This document shows positions 16,021-29,551 of a stretch of 64,000 bases of DNA, piece by piece. The DNA is taken from positions 12,834,001-12,898,000 of the forward strand of contig OZ231126.1 in NCBI GenBank assembly GCA_965153355.1, written 5' to 3'. The notes below the pieces were generated by a model that saw only the letters and a list, made by a program, of their open reading frames with translations, had not been told where the DNA came from and made no database searches. Each line of letters starts with the position of its first letter. The stretch's first letter is position 1. The stretch is from Flaccisagitta enflata (Eukaryota). Made by a program: the position numbers and the translations under genes.

Positions 16021-16677
16021 AAACCAGTCGCCCAAGGGCAATATGTGGTCAGCGATACCCGTCGGCCGTTGCCCTGCTTCATATGTTGGTGATTGTAGGT
16101 GATGGGTAGCAGGGCAGCGGCCCCGAAGGGAACGATGTCCTGTAGAATACAGGGGGACTTTTGTTCGTTCGTCCGTTTGTCTGTGTGGGCCGATGTCCTG
16201 TAGGACACAGGGGGGAATTTCCATACGTCCTGAGGGGGAATATAGCAGGCCTAAGAGGTAATTGAGGCGGGGTTTGAGGTCTGGGGGGAAGATTTATGCC
16301 TGAAGATTAGAATTGAGGTCTGGGGGCAGGCTTTAGGCCTTGGGGGCAGATTCGAGGCCTGGAGGGCTGATCTCAGGCCTAGAATGCTGATTTGAGGTCT
16401 GGAGAGTGGATTTGAGGCCTTGAGAGCTGATTTGAGGCCTTGAGAGCTGATTTGAGGCCTGGACAGCTGATTTGAGGCCCGGAGAGCTGATTTGAGGCCT
16501 GGAGAGCTAATTTGAGGGCTTAGAGGGCCTAAATCAGGCCTGGGAGTGAGGATATGAGGCCTCGATGGCCATCCGGGGGGGGACGGACGGACGGAAGGAC
16601 GGACGGAAGGACGGACGTATGGAAATTCCCCCCTGTGTCCTACAGGACATCGGCCCTTTGGGGCCGCTTCCCAAAAA
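16021..16677. mobile_element. HINE-like family D element with GAGAGCTGATTTGAGGCCTG minisatellite
   Basis: GGGCAGCGGCCCCGAAGGG...TGTCCTGTAG / CTACAGGACATCGGCCCTTTGGGGCCGC inverted pair; (GACG)n tract; A-run end. Confidence 0.72.
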
Positions 16678-17269
16678 GGAAGAGAGGAAGAAGAGAAGAA
16701 TGGGAGGAACAAAGGAATAGAAGGGAGGAAGGAAGGAAGGGAGAAGAAAGGAAGGAAGGAAGGAGGGAAGGAAGAAAGAAAGGAAGGAGAAAAAAATGGA
16801 AGGAAGAAAAGTAGGAGGTCCGAAAGGAAGGAGGGAAGGAAGGAAGGATTTTAAGAAGGCAGTTTTGGTTCTGGGAGATATGAAAGGAAGAAACAAAAAT
16901 AAAGAAAGGTAGAAAGAAAGACAAAATGAGTAAGAGAGAGAGAGAAAGAAGGAAAGAAAGAAGATAGAAACAGGTAAGAACAACAGTGAGTGAGAAAAAA
17001 ACCGAGAAAGTACTGTGGAAGAAGAAAAAGATGGGCTTTGTGTCAAATGAAGGAGTCGTTGATAACAAATGATTATGGAGCAGTTGACTTGTGTTGAAAA
17101 CACGCTTAGAAATGAGCATAATTATGGAAAATAAAAACTTGAAACAAAAGGGAAAAAATGGACGTCAGAAATAAGAAATAAAGCTGAATGACTAATAGTG
17201 AAAGAGAGAGAGAGAGAGACGGACAGAAACAGACAAACACAGATAGACACTGGCAGACGCAGAGAGACA

Positions 17270-17740
17270 CAGGCAGACGCAGAGAGACACAGAGACACAG
17301 ACAGACACAGACAGACACTTACAGACACAGACAGACAAAGATAGACAAAGACAGAGACAGTCAGAGACAGACACAGACAGACACAGACAGACACAGACAG
17401 ACACAGACAGACACAGACAGACACAGACAGACACAAACAGACACAGACAGACACACACAGACACAGACAGACACAGACAGACGCATACAGACACAGACAG
17501 ACACAGACAGACACAGACAGACACAGACAGACACAGACAGACACAGACAGACACAGACAGACACAGACAGACACAGACAGACACAGACAGACACAGACAG
17601 ACACAGACAGGCACAGACAGACACAGACAGACACACACAGACACACACAGACACAGACAGGCACAGACAGACACAGACAGACACAGACAGACACAGACAG
17701 ACACAGACAGACACAGACAGACACAGACAGACACAGACAG
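17270..17740. repeat. 10-bp (ACACAGACAG)n tandem array
   Basis: Directly visible. Confidence 0.95.
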
Positions 17741-19433
17741 AGTAAGAGAAAGCGGGAATACCGTTCTTCACGTGTGACAACATCTGCCTGTGTCGTCCCT
17801 CTTGCTTTAATACCATTATTTCTCCCGCTTCTCAACGGGATTCTGTATGATCAGTCAAATTGTATTGTTCTTTCATTCCGCTTCTGTATCGCTTTCTGTC
17901 CTTCTGCCTGTTTCTTCATCTATCTCTCTCTCCCTGTCTGTTCTATTTCTCTCTGCTTGCGTCATTTCCCTCTATTTAGGCCGGTGTTGACCACCTGGTA
18001 ATGACAATAGAGGCTACTTCTCTTGATACTCGACACGCAACTTAATAGTTGCCACTTTCCTGACGTTATTCATCCTTGCGTCCAGTTTTTTTTTTTTTTT
18101 TTTTTTTTTGTTTTTTGTTGCTCTGACGGTATCATTTTTTTCTTCTCTCTTTTTTATCAATAAAATAGGTCTTAACTGAGTTTTGCTTACATTTTCTTAT
18201 AAACCCTATCACATCCATTTTCCCTTTTCTGGGTTGATTCCCTGCCCCCCTCCCTGTTTCTTTTCGACAGAAGGTGACAAAGATTTTTAGACAGTAAATT
18301 GGCAATAACTCCCTGCTCCACCAGATGTGACGGGATCGACTTAGTGTATCCCGAACAGTATACGGTATCTCTGATGACCCGAGCGTCGGTTTGCGCTCTG
18401 TATCTCTCTCTCTCTCTCTCTCTCTCTCTCGAAAAAGTTTAAGAAATCTTAAAATGTGTTGAAAAAGAGATTTAACAAAAGAATTGAATTGTCAATCATT
18501 TTGTAAAAATGTAGCAACACGGAACGAAAACAGTCTTGACTATGGATTTTCCGTCAGATACAGAAAGATACATGCAGGGCCTTGCAATTAGCGGGTGCGT
18601 AACCCCAGCTGACATTGGAGTGTGACTCTTACTTCTTCACAGTGTTACCCCTGCCCTAACTGGTTTCGACCCCTGCCTTGTCTGTTCCCACCTCCTAGAG
18701 AGGCGCCCTTTACCGAACCTCGTTCTCAACTAATTATCTCCTCCCTCACATCGCACGACGCTGTATGCGCCCTGTGACACTTACGTTTATCCTTCATGTC
18801 CTTATTTCATCACCGGGGGAAACCTTTGTCTATCTTTTCTGTCGAACGTCATTGTCTTTTCACCTCTGTCCCTTCTGTCTTTATTGTATTAGTCAGAACT
18901 CTGTAACTTGGTCTTACAAATGCAGTCCATTTCTTGATTGACTTAATTGATACTTTTCTCTGTGACGTTTTATGGTCATTGTCATTTTGTCAGTCTGTAG
19001 CCTCGTCCCTCCGCCGCGTCACTTCCTCGAAAAATTGATTCGACGTCAATGACGAAATTCATTACGCATTTATGATTCGTCAGGGTCAGTAAGACGTCGT
19101 CAATGCAAGTTAGATGTCGTTCAGGTCAGTATGACGTCGTTAGGGTCGACTGGAAGTCTTCAGAGTAAATTGGCAGTCGTCCAGGTCAGTATGACGTCGT
19201 TAGGGTCAGTTGGACATCGTCGGGGAATCAGAGTAAGTTGCGAGTATCCGATTGAGCCCTGGCTGGAGATCGGGCCGAGAGTGTCAGTCTTGCAGGATGA
19301 CAAGTGTAGTTGGGTTTGTCTAAGGTAAATCTTGTGGAGGCAAGTTTTTGCATTTTGGACGGAACCAGAAGATGTCAATTTCTTCGTTTTCCTTCCTTTG
19401 AGGCGTGAAATGTATTGAGTGACGTCATTGAGA

Positions 19434-19535
<102 letters not shown>

Positions 19536-20438
19536 AATTGCCCCAGAACAAAGTTTACAGACGGAAAGACGGGGTGATTAAGGGCTGGTTTTTTTTTATG
19601 TCTGGACGGTGAATTTCCATGATTCGGGATTGGATTCATCCAATCGTCGCTTCGAAAGTCTGATGTTAGTCACATGCACACCTCCTCAACTTGTCTATTG
19701 GTGATCAAATCCATTTTCTCCTTGGCTCTTCTACCTGGTAATCTGATTAAAACATCTTCAAGCAAACCCTTCCTCGTTTCTTCTTCATCTTACGCTGTTT
19801 TTGCTATGACTTACGGATGAACTAAATTGTCTGCAAATATCGTATAACCTCTAGCAAATAAAAGGTAACTTACAAAATCATCGGAGAAAGATGCGCATGC
19901 CCTGTTAATGGCATAATTGCAATCGAGCAAAAACTAAAACCGAATTGAATAGGCATTTTGATGCACACCATCTGGAATGGCGGATCGCAAGTACGGAAGC
20001 ACAGTTTGTGAAAAAAAAAACCTTTAAAACATTTTCCCATCACTTAAACAGCGATCAACGACAAAGCAACGATTCAAATCGATTGAAACACTGCGATTAT
20101 TACGCTCATGCCAGAGCCAATCTGATAGGACACATCCAGACCTAAAGTAATTCGCCTGTCTGATGCCGGAAAAAATCCATCATATTTCTTGATTTATGGC
20201 TATTTTGAATTTTCTCTTCATGTGAACAAACGCGTGCGCAAAAGCAGTGACATAAAAGTTTCAGTCATCTCTGCATTTCTTTTCTTCATTGCATACTTAT
20301 ATATTCATTTGTAGTTCTAGTTGAAATCTTGTTCACTATCTTTACTTTATCAACCTCTTTTAACAGCAAACCACATTCATGTGTGAATAGTCAAGTGAAA
20401 CTAGATCGTAATCGGAGGCTATTGATGAGACGCTCGAA

Positions 20439-22121
20439 ATGTCATTGAAAACATCAGCAGACCAGGAAGATGAAGGTATGAAACTCGTTGCTACTACTGA
20501 AGAGAAAATGTACAATTGTGACCGGTGCGATTACAAGACAAACGAGCCAAATGAACTTGAAGCACATGTTAAATCTTCTCATCGGGCGGAGATGGATATA
20601 ACTATGAAATATCAATGCTCACTCTGTGACAAATCGTTCAAGGCCAACGCAACCTTAAAAAGACACTGTGTGAAATGGCACTCTGGCGCCAAATTTGAAT
20701 GCGATGCTTGCGGGAAATTATTGATGACAGAACGAACTCTTCAAAACCACATCGAAAGTCATCACACGGATTTATCAGAAAGACCATTTCATCATTGTGA
20801 AATGTGCGGCTACAAAACGAGGAGGGAAACAAATTTACGTAAACATATATCAAAACGCCATCGAGAACAACCTCGACAATTTAGTTGCGACCAGTGTGAT
20901 TTTCAAACTAAAACAAGGCATGGCCTTACGTTGCATTGGGATCGAATGCATTCAGATGAAAGAAACTTTGAATGTACTATTTGCCAGAAGGCGTTTAAAA
21001 GCAGCAGTGCATTGAGCCTCCATTCTAATTTCCATAAGAAAGAAGCGGGAAAAAGTCACAAATGCGAAATATGCGAGTTTGCCGCCGGAAGCGCAGTGGA
21101 GATTAGGGTTCATAAGAAAACACATCACTCAGAGAAATCCTATGTTTGCGATGTGTGCGGCAAAAAAGAAAAATGCGCGGAGTATTTGCGCTTGCATCGA
21201 AACCGCGTGCATTTTCCCCCAAACAAAAAATTCCAATGCGAGTTATGTCCTTACCAGGCAAAGACAAGTACTCTTCTGAAGACTCACTTGGCAACTCATT
21301 CTGATGATAGACCTTTCAAATGTGATGTTTGTGATTACAGTTGTAAAAGTCGCAGCGGTTTATATGGCCATCATCGAAACATTCATGATGCTTTTCGCGT
21401 AAAATGTGATGTTTGTAACAAAGAATACAAAAACAAGGCTGTTTTGCGCTTGCATAAAGCAGAAAAACATGTCGATCTGACTAACATACCAGACCTCCAG
21501 TGTGAATTTTGCAGCTACCGAACGAAACACAAGAGCAGATTTAAAACCCATAGGAAATCAATGCATTTGGAAATTAAGTGGCACAGTTGCGATATTTGTG
21601 AATTTCGATCTAAAACTAAGGCGGGCTTGGAAAGTCACATAATCTACCACCATACAGAAGAACGCAATTTCAAATGCCCTATCTGCGCAAAATCATTCAA
21701 AACAAAGCGTGATCTTGACGATCACCATTCGAGACACACTGACGAGATCGGCGTGAGCCTGCCGGAACTCAAGTGCGAGTTTTGTGACTTCACCACAAAA
21801 GTTAGGCGGAATCTTCGAACCCATACAAGAAGAGCTCATTTCACAACCAAAAATAAAAGTTGTGGCCAATGCGATTTCAAAGCAAAAACAAATGCCGAAA
21901 TTAGAGATCACTTCGAACGTCACCATTCGGACACACGAAAATTAATGTACGAATGCACAATTTGCTCAAAGAAATTCAAGATGTTATCGTGTCTGGAATC
22001 TCATCAAGTAACCCACGGCATACGTGATGTGGAATTTCGTTGTCCGACTTGTGATTTTGTCACCTACTCAAAATACAATTTAACAAGGCATATGAAAAGG
22101 CGTCATTCAATAAAGAAGTAA
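20439..22121 (+). CDS. Poly-C2H2 zinc-finger protein, 560 aa, 18 fingers, single coding exon
   Basis: Uninterrupted ORF with 18 CxxC-x12-H-x3/4-H motifs and some TGEKP-like linkers (HSEKSY, HSDDRPF, HTEERNF); in-frame stop about 10 codons upstream of the ATG; AATAAA near 22289. Confidence 0.95.
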   Translation: MSLKTSADQEDEGMKLVATTEEKMYNCDRCDYKTNEPNELEAHVKSSHRAEMDITMKYQCSLCDKSFKANATLKRHCVKWHSGAKFECDACGKLLMTERTLQNHIESHHTDLSERPFHHCEMCGYKTRRETNLRKHISKRHREQPRQFSCDQCDFQTKTRHGLTLHWDRMHSDERNFECTICQKAFKSSSALSLHSNFHKKEAGKSHKCEICEFAAGSAVEIRVHKKTHHSEKSYVCDVCGKKEKCAEYLRLHRNRVHFPPNKKFQCELCPYQAKTSTLLKTHLATHSDDRPFKCDVCDYSCKSRSGLYGHHRNIHDAFRVKCDVCNKEYKNKAVLRLHKAEKHVDLTNIPDLQCEFCSYRTKHKSRFKTHRKSMHLEIKWHSCDICEFRSKTKAGLESHIIYHHTEERNFKCPICAKSFKTKRDLDDHHSRHTDEIGVSLPELKCEFCDFTTKVRRNLRTHTRRAHFTTKNKSCGQCDFKAKTNAEIRDHFERHHSDTRKLMYECTICSKKFKMLSCLESHQVTHGIRDVEFRCPTCDFVTYSKYNLTRHMKRRHSIKK

Positions 22122-23565
22122 TGAAAACATCAATCAGATCGTTTCGAAATTGAAAATAATGATGTTCCAGAGGCTCACAAACGATAGTTTGATAAATTCC
22201 CAATCAAGGAATTTGAGACACGGAATTCCACATGACAGGATATACGAAATCCAAGGGACCAACAAATTTCTTCATTGCCAACATATCAAATAAAAGAAAT
22301 TCATTGAAGGGCCTTAATATCTACATCTGTATATCTTTACACGCAAAACTTCGCTACAGTCGTTTTCGTTAGAACGTAATTTTATTTTATGGACAAGTCA
22401 CGTCATTTGTTTAGTTATCATCTTGACGGCTTCCTTTTTCTCTTTGCTTCATTCTTTTTTCTCTTTGAACAGCAGCATCACTCAACCCCAGTGACGCGAG
22501 CGCAAGGAGGCCGTCAGAAAGAGGGCTGTTTCCTTCTTCACCACTTCAACAAAGTACAATTAAACCCCGCAATAATGGATGTCAAGGGACCAGTACATGT
22601 TATCCACTTCTCATCATTGCCATCATAAAAAAAACTGTTGGGGGACATCTTTGAAGTATACTGGCCATATTTCTCCCAACGTGATGCAGTTTCTCCCGAT
22701 GCATTTTTCATTGTAGTAAAATTAGCTATCTCTGGAAATAATCGATCATTTTGGGACCTCTTTTTATTGACGCTTTTCATTTATGAATTGTATTCGCATC
22801 AGACCTATTTATTCAGAAAAAGAAAATGGGATTTATTGGGAGGACCAAAAGGATTGTCATCAAAGATTGTCATCAAACTACTGAAAGAACTGAATCTGAT
22901 TTTGTGTCTGCTTTTTTATCTCGGCTTTTCTCATGTTTTCAGTTTGCATGAGACCCTTTTGACTTGACTTGGCCGAGTTTTATTTTAACAAGGTCTAAAA
23001 TAACAATCATGACGATTTCTCTGTTTTGCTTCTGTGTCTTTTCTTCTGTTTCTGGCAAAACAATTTGGAATGATTATTTCTGATCGATGCTCGTCAGATG
23101 TGACGGGTCGTAGGAAAATGGTTATGGAAATGTTTGAATTTTTTTTCTTCTATACTTTGTAAAGAATATTATTTTTTTTTTTTTTTAAACGATTGTTTTT
23201 GTACTTTGTAAAGAATATCATCTTTTTTCATTGAAAACAATTAGTTACCCCCCTCAATACCGGATCTAAGAGCTATGGAAATCTGTCTATGACAGACAGA
23301 CAGACATAAGTATATAAAGTATTTTGGTATCTTGACATCCGTTATCGCGAGTTTAGCTGTATAGACTTTGAAAGAGTGCTGCTACTCAACCAATTGTATT
23401 GGTCCTATTTCTACCAATAAAGGCGGCTAATCGCCGACCGGAAAAAAGTCGTAAATGGAAGTCTCTTTTTTCAGTGCTTGTTCTTTTGTGTGTGCATTTC
23501 ATGATGTCTGGTTGATTGTCTGTTTTTGTTATTCAATCTGTGCGTTTTTTCCTTTTGATCTTTTT

Positions 23566-23758
<193 letters not shown>

Positions 23759-23786
23759 CCCCTCTCTCTCCTCTCTCTCTCTCCTC

Positions 23787-23817
<31 letters not shown>

Positions 23818-23848
23818 CAAGCAGAATAAAATATCAATGCTAGCGTCA

Positions 23849-24180
23849 TAAAGGTCAGGGTCAATTTGCGTAACATGTTTACTCTTCCCTATTGTTACAT
23901 AAGACCGAAAAAATGGGATCAATGAAAAATATCAATTTTCGCGAAAATGCGAAAAAATAAAAAAAGATTCAAAAATTCATAACTTCTAAACTATTGATCG
24001 TAGAGACTTCTGGTTGGCGCCATTTGAAAGAGAAAAATAAGCTCTTTCTTAGCTGTGAGTATCAAAAACTGCACAACTTTCTAAAATTGCCGAAAATGGA
24101 AAACTTTATTTCTCCCCTACGTTTCAAAAAGTCGAATTACGTAATTCGACTTTTTTCCAATAAATTGATCTGACTGTTTA
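23849..24180. mobile_element. Degraded TIR element (related fragment at ~49320-49540)
   Basis: TAAAGGTCAGGGTCAATTT versus AAATTGATCTGACTGTTTA; internal palindrome AAAAGTCGAATTACGTAATTCGACTTTT; CCATTTGAAAGAGAAAAA and AAAAAGTCGAA shared with 49366-49523. Confidence 0.5.
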
Positions 24181-24638
24181 ATCACATGACTAATCATTGA
24201 TAGATACAAAAAAAATGTTTTTCTTGATCCTAAACTTGGAATTTTATAAAAACATGTACTTGACATATCATTCTAATATAAAGCAAATGAGAATTTCCGC
24301 TAATCAACCACATATATGGACCATTTTTACTTCCAACAAACTCCGCGGGTGCGACCGCCTCATTCAAGTAACGATCAAAGAAAAACTTACACAATCGATC
24401 TTCCATCATGTTGTTATTGTTTTAATCCTCGAGGATTTAGACAAATCTTGTTTATGTTCCTCGTTCTTTGTAACTCGGTTCTCTCTTTCGGTTCATCTGC
24501 TTAAACATACTATTCCATTTCGTTCGCTTTTGAACTTACCTGCTCAACATTGTTCTTCGTTCTGATCTCCTGCCTCCAAGTTTGTTTTTCTTTCCAAATT
24601 ATATCATTAAAACCCACTAAGACCGGAATAAATGAAAG

Positions 24639-24718
<80 letters not shown>

Positions 24719-25216
24719 AAAGAAAGCAAAAAAGGGGGATGAAGTCAAGTGAAAAATATTCCACACACAAACACAGCTGAACACATTTTCAATTCAGGCT
24801 TTGAAAGGGGATATATTCTCTTTATTCTAATGCGGCATATCCTACTATCTTGGCAATAAATTAAAGGGCTGTGGGACCAAATAGGGACTAGGCGGAGAAA
24901 GGGAAATTGATCTTTTTTTTTTTGCTGAATGATATACTTGCCGGATGGGTTTTGGGTGGGGTTTACGTTAGGGTTAGGGGTTGGTTAAGTGATAGTGGTG
25001 GGTTTACGGTTAGGGGTAAGATCTGAGGTTGTGTTAGTATCAGGGGGCGGGGTTAGGGTTAGGGTAGAGTTGAGGATGAGGATGCAGTTCAGGAATAATG
25101 AAAAAACAAGTGCATAACCATGAATTATCAACTTATACCCAAAACAGTTACAATCTTAAAACATTTTAAACAGAGCTTGAAATGATAAGATTCTTCAACA
25201 AACGTAGAAGAGAATA

Positions 25217-25760
25217 CCGGGTGGACATAAAAAAGGTAGCTCTGTATCTAGATAAAAAAAAAAACTGTTTTTAATGACTTATTATATGAATATTTGAAAT
25301 AGTGAATCCCTGAATTTGTACATATGATTAAAATATATAAATTTAAATCATGTATGATAAACCAAAAGGATTTTTTCTGTCTATTATTGCCTATCTATAA
25401 CTTAAAGTGATAATTGATTATTATTAGTGTTTTGGGTGTGCAATAGGTTTTTTATTCAAGAAGTTTCGGTTTTTATACTTTCTTAAGAGCCACTTTTATT
25501 GAACTACCTTCATTCAAAAGTCGATTCTGTTAAAATCAATGATTTCTAGTCAAATTTAAGCAAAATTCTTTATGTGGTCCATAATTCAATTCAGTTTTTG
25601 TTAAATAAAATGGAAAATATTGATCCTCATGAAAAATGTTCATAATGGAACATGTAGGCGACAATCATATCTAGGTAGCTAAAAAAAATTTTATTACTTA
25701 AGAGAAATTTTAAAAGTATTATGAAAAAAATCAAAAGCTACTTTTTTAAAGACCACCCGT
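25217..25760. mobile_element. Degraded mariner-type MITE
   Basis: TA-CCGGGTGGACATAAAAAAGGTAGCT versus AGCTACTTTTTTAAAGACCACCCGT-TA imperfect TIRs. Confidence 0.7.
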
Positions 25761-27121
25761 TATGAAATTCTAAAATAAATCTTTCTTGACCGCATGTGGA
25801 CACACATCCATACATAATTGGTTAATTTCTGCCACTTATTTCTTCTCCAGACAGAATACTGTCCCCTGCTTATTACAGAAAAAAGTTGATCTTTTTGGCA
25901 AAGATAGTATTTCAGAACCCATTGCCCTCACAGAAAATGATTTCTTTCTGAACATTCTGAAAGCTAAACATTGTAATTGAAACAGAACTTGTTCAATTCC
26001 TTTCTTATTTTTCCGTTTGAAATAACTGAAAAAGTCAATTTTAGTTTGTCTGATAGTAAATCACCCCCTCCCCTTCAGTGTTTCCATTTGATATTACGCA
26101 TATCGTAGGAAGAATCGATCCGTGTTTATTTTACAGTCATTAATTTCTGACAGATTTTATTCTTTTGACTGATGTTCTCCGACAATTCGCCAACCTTTCT
26201 TCCATTTGTAATACTGCTTAATCTTCTTTTACCATTTCTTTCTCTTCATCTTTTTCTTCTTTTCCTTTTCGGACAGCGGCTCTGGGGGGACTGATTACCT
26301 ATTATTTCATACAGGATAGTTTTTTTGTTTTTCTATTTCTCTGTCTCCCCTCCCCCTAAGCTAGCCAAGGCCTAAAGTCAGCCCCTCTAAAACTCAAATC
26401 AACCCTCTCGGGTCTCAAATCAGCCTTCTCAGGCCTCGAGTCAATCCTTTCAGACATCTAATAAGCCCATTCAGGCCTCAAATCAGCCTTTCCAGACCTC
26501 AAAACAGCCCCTTTCTTTTTCTTTGAATATTCTTTATCTTTTAATTGACCTTACTCTCCTCATTTCACTTCTTTCTTCTCTTCATCATCAAAATTAACAT
26601 CATCATCACCATCGTTTTCTTCTAAATATTTTACTTCTTCCTTATCATCATCATCATCATCATCATGATAATCATCACCATCACTATCATCATTATCATC
26701 ATCATCGCCATCATCTTCTCCTCCTTATCCTCCATAAGCGGCTCCGTCAGCATATAATACATTTGGGGATGTGCACCCGGAGACGACTGGATATAAAAGA
26801 TGATTAACTCAACTTTTATTTCATTGCCACAACGTAATTCAGTCCCAATGAACAATGGCTCAACACAGAAATCAGTTACTCAAATGACTTCTAGAAACTG
26901 AATTGTATAAAATACTCAAAAGGCACGTTCTCCTGAAAATAAAAATCCTTGTAAAAACAAACTTTTACACGTTCCCATAACTATCTTGATATCTATCCTG
27001 ATATCTATCCTTCCCCTCATGTATCCTGTTAGCCGATGCCTCTCTTTTTTTCTTTTTTTTTTTTGACTTTGTCATTTTTTAATCATCTATCGGGAATGAA
27101 TGTGGTTTGGTCACGTTCAGT

Positions 27122-27221
<100 letters not shown>

Positions 27222-28205
27222 AGGATAGAGACAGAGACAGAGACCAAAATAAAGAAAGAACGATAGAGGGATAGAACTGTAGAAAGATAGAAAATTCGAA
27301 AAGTAGGGCTGAAAGAGAGAATGAAAGAATGAAAGAATGAAAGAATGAAAGAAAGATATTGGAGTGTTTTGTTAGAAAGATATCGAGAAAAACAGGAAAG
27401 AAAAAACAGAAACAAGGTCGAAGATAGATAGAAAGACAGAAGAGAAAGATAGAAGAAAATAAAAGTCGTTCTGAGGGAGGAGCCAAAAATCAGAGTCTTA
27501 AGTAATGAAAAAAAAATGCCATGAAAAACGAAGAAGAAAATAAAACCCCAAAAAACAAAACTGATCTCTTTTTTTCTTTGTAAATGAAACACTTCAAATG
27601 TATGAGAAAAAAGGTAATAGAGGAGGACAAAATTGAGTCGTAAATAGTATTTTAGTACAAGCATAAATGATAGATGTATATTTGTATTGCTTTTTTTCTT
27701 TTGTGACAAAGGTAATCTATTTTATGACAGGTTTAAAGAGGAAATGAGACGAATTTATCTAATACGCAATTCTCAAAAAAGTCTCTGACATAAAAGCTCA
27801 TGCTGCTTTCGGTCTCTCAGTATCACACTGAGCCATAAAAGTGGGAACGAGACTGAGAAAGAGACAGAGACAGAGACAGTGACAGAGACAGAGACAGAGA
27901 CAGAGACAGTGACGGAGACAGAGACAGAGACAGAGACAGAGACAGAGACAGAGACAGAGACAGAGACAGAGACAGAGACAGAGTCAGAAACAGAGCTACA
28001 TACAGACACAAAGACAGAGGCGGAGATAGCGAGACAGAAAGTCAGATAGTTAAAGAGACTGAAACACTGAGAGTGTGAGACCTGTTTGTAGGAAAAATCA
28101 CAATTGGTTAACAACATCAATTAATTTCAGGCTTGTCAGTGCCTACGGTTTTACTCTTATTATGCATGTAGAGGCGCAGCAGGGAAGCGAGTGTGTCTGT
28201 GTGTA

Positions 28206-28299
<94 letters not shown>

Positions 28300-28301
28300 A
28301 A

Positions 28302-28354
<53 letters not shown>

Positions 28355-28358
28355 ACGA

Positions 28359-28389
<31 letters not shown>

Positions 28390-28591
28390 GCTAGACCCGA
28401 TTTGGGCCATTTTGCTTGAATATGGGCCATACAGTTGGGATTTGGTCCCCAAAAGGGACAAAGCCCTGAAAATGGTTCGCAAAATCGAGTTATCATGTTT
28501 GTTGAAAATTGTCATGATGTAAAAAATCATTAAAAGACAGTAGTTGATTGTTCGGGTACTGCCGACGACATCCAACGATTTACGACTCATT

Positions 28592-29351
28592 GTTTTTCAG
28601 TCGCGGACACGCGACTCTATACTTTGCCGTATTGGTCCGTCCGTCCGTCCGTCCATCCGTCCGTCCGTCCATCCGCCCGTCCATTACATTTTTTGTCGCG
28701 TGCTACGCGACTCTACACCCCGCTAGGTCGGTCGGTCGGTCGGTCGGTCGGTCGGTCGGTCGGTCGGTCGGTCGGTCGGTCGGTCGGTCGGTCGGTCGGT
28801 CGGTCGGTCGGTCGGTCGGTCGGTCGGTCGGTCGGTCGGTCGGTCGGTCGGTCGGTCGGTCGGTCGGTCGGTCGGTCGGTCGGTCGGTCGGTCGGTCGGT
28901 CGGTCGGTCGGTCGGTCGGTCGGTCGGTCGGTCGGTCGGTCGGTCGGTCGGTCGGTCGGTCGGTCGGTCGGTCGGTCGGTCGGTCGGTCGGTCGGTCGCC
29001 CTCCTTACTTTTTTCGGCGTTTTTGAGCGTACGGCTCCTGCCCAGATGCCCTAGTGACCTTCTCCTGCACTGCTCCTGCCCACCCGCACGCGACTAAGGT
29101 AGCGGTGTATCCGGCCTTGTTTGATTGCGAGCGGTTTTCGCATTACTGCTCCTGCCGCGACTAGATTGCCGTCTATTCGACCTTGTTTTTAGTTGCGGAC
29201 ACGCAACTCTATAAGAGCCTTTGTCCGTCTGTCGGTCCGTCCGTCGGTCCGTCTGTCGGTCCGTGCACACGAGTTGAAAAGTGTGAAAACGCGCATTTCC
29301 GCCCCTGCCCACCCGTCCGCAACTGGTATGGCCGTGTGTCCGGCCTTGTTT
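28592..29351 (+). mobile_element. Cluster of three HINE-like elements (28689-29122 nested inside another; third at 29186-29351)
   Basis: Repeated TTTT-AGTCGCG/AGTTGCG hairpin starts and GCCGTGTATCCGGCCTTGTTT-type ends; the inner copy has a pure (GGTC)n tract at 28726-28998. Confidence 0.8.
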
Positions 29352-29495
29352 ATGCATTAACTGAGATAGTACATCAAAGCTCTCAGTAAAGGAGACATAT
29401 TTATGTACGGAGGCAGTCAAGGAGAAAAACTAGCAGTGGGATCCCTGTGATCTCACTGGGGAGTTTTCTGCCCTCGACATGGTTGTTAAGTTGTT

Positions 29496-29551
<56 letters not shown>

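Noticed and set aside
24965-25065. TTAGGG-like repeats as a telomere
   Set aside because: Only a few degenerate units, interstitial; uninformative about chromosome ends.
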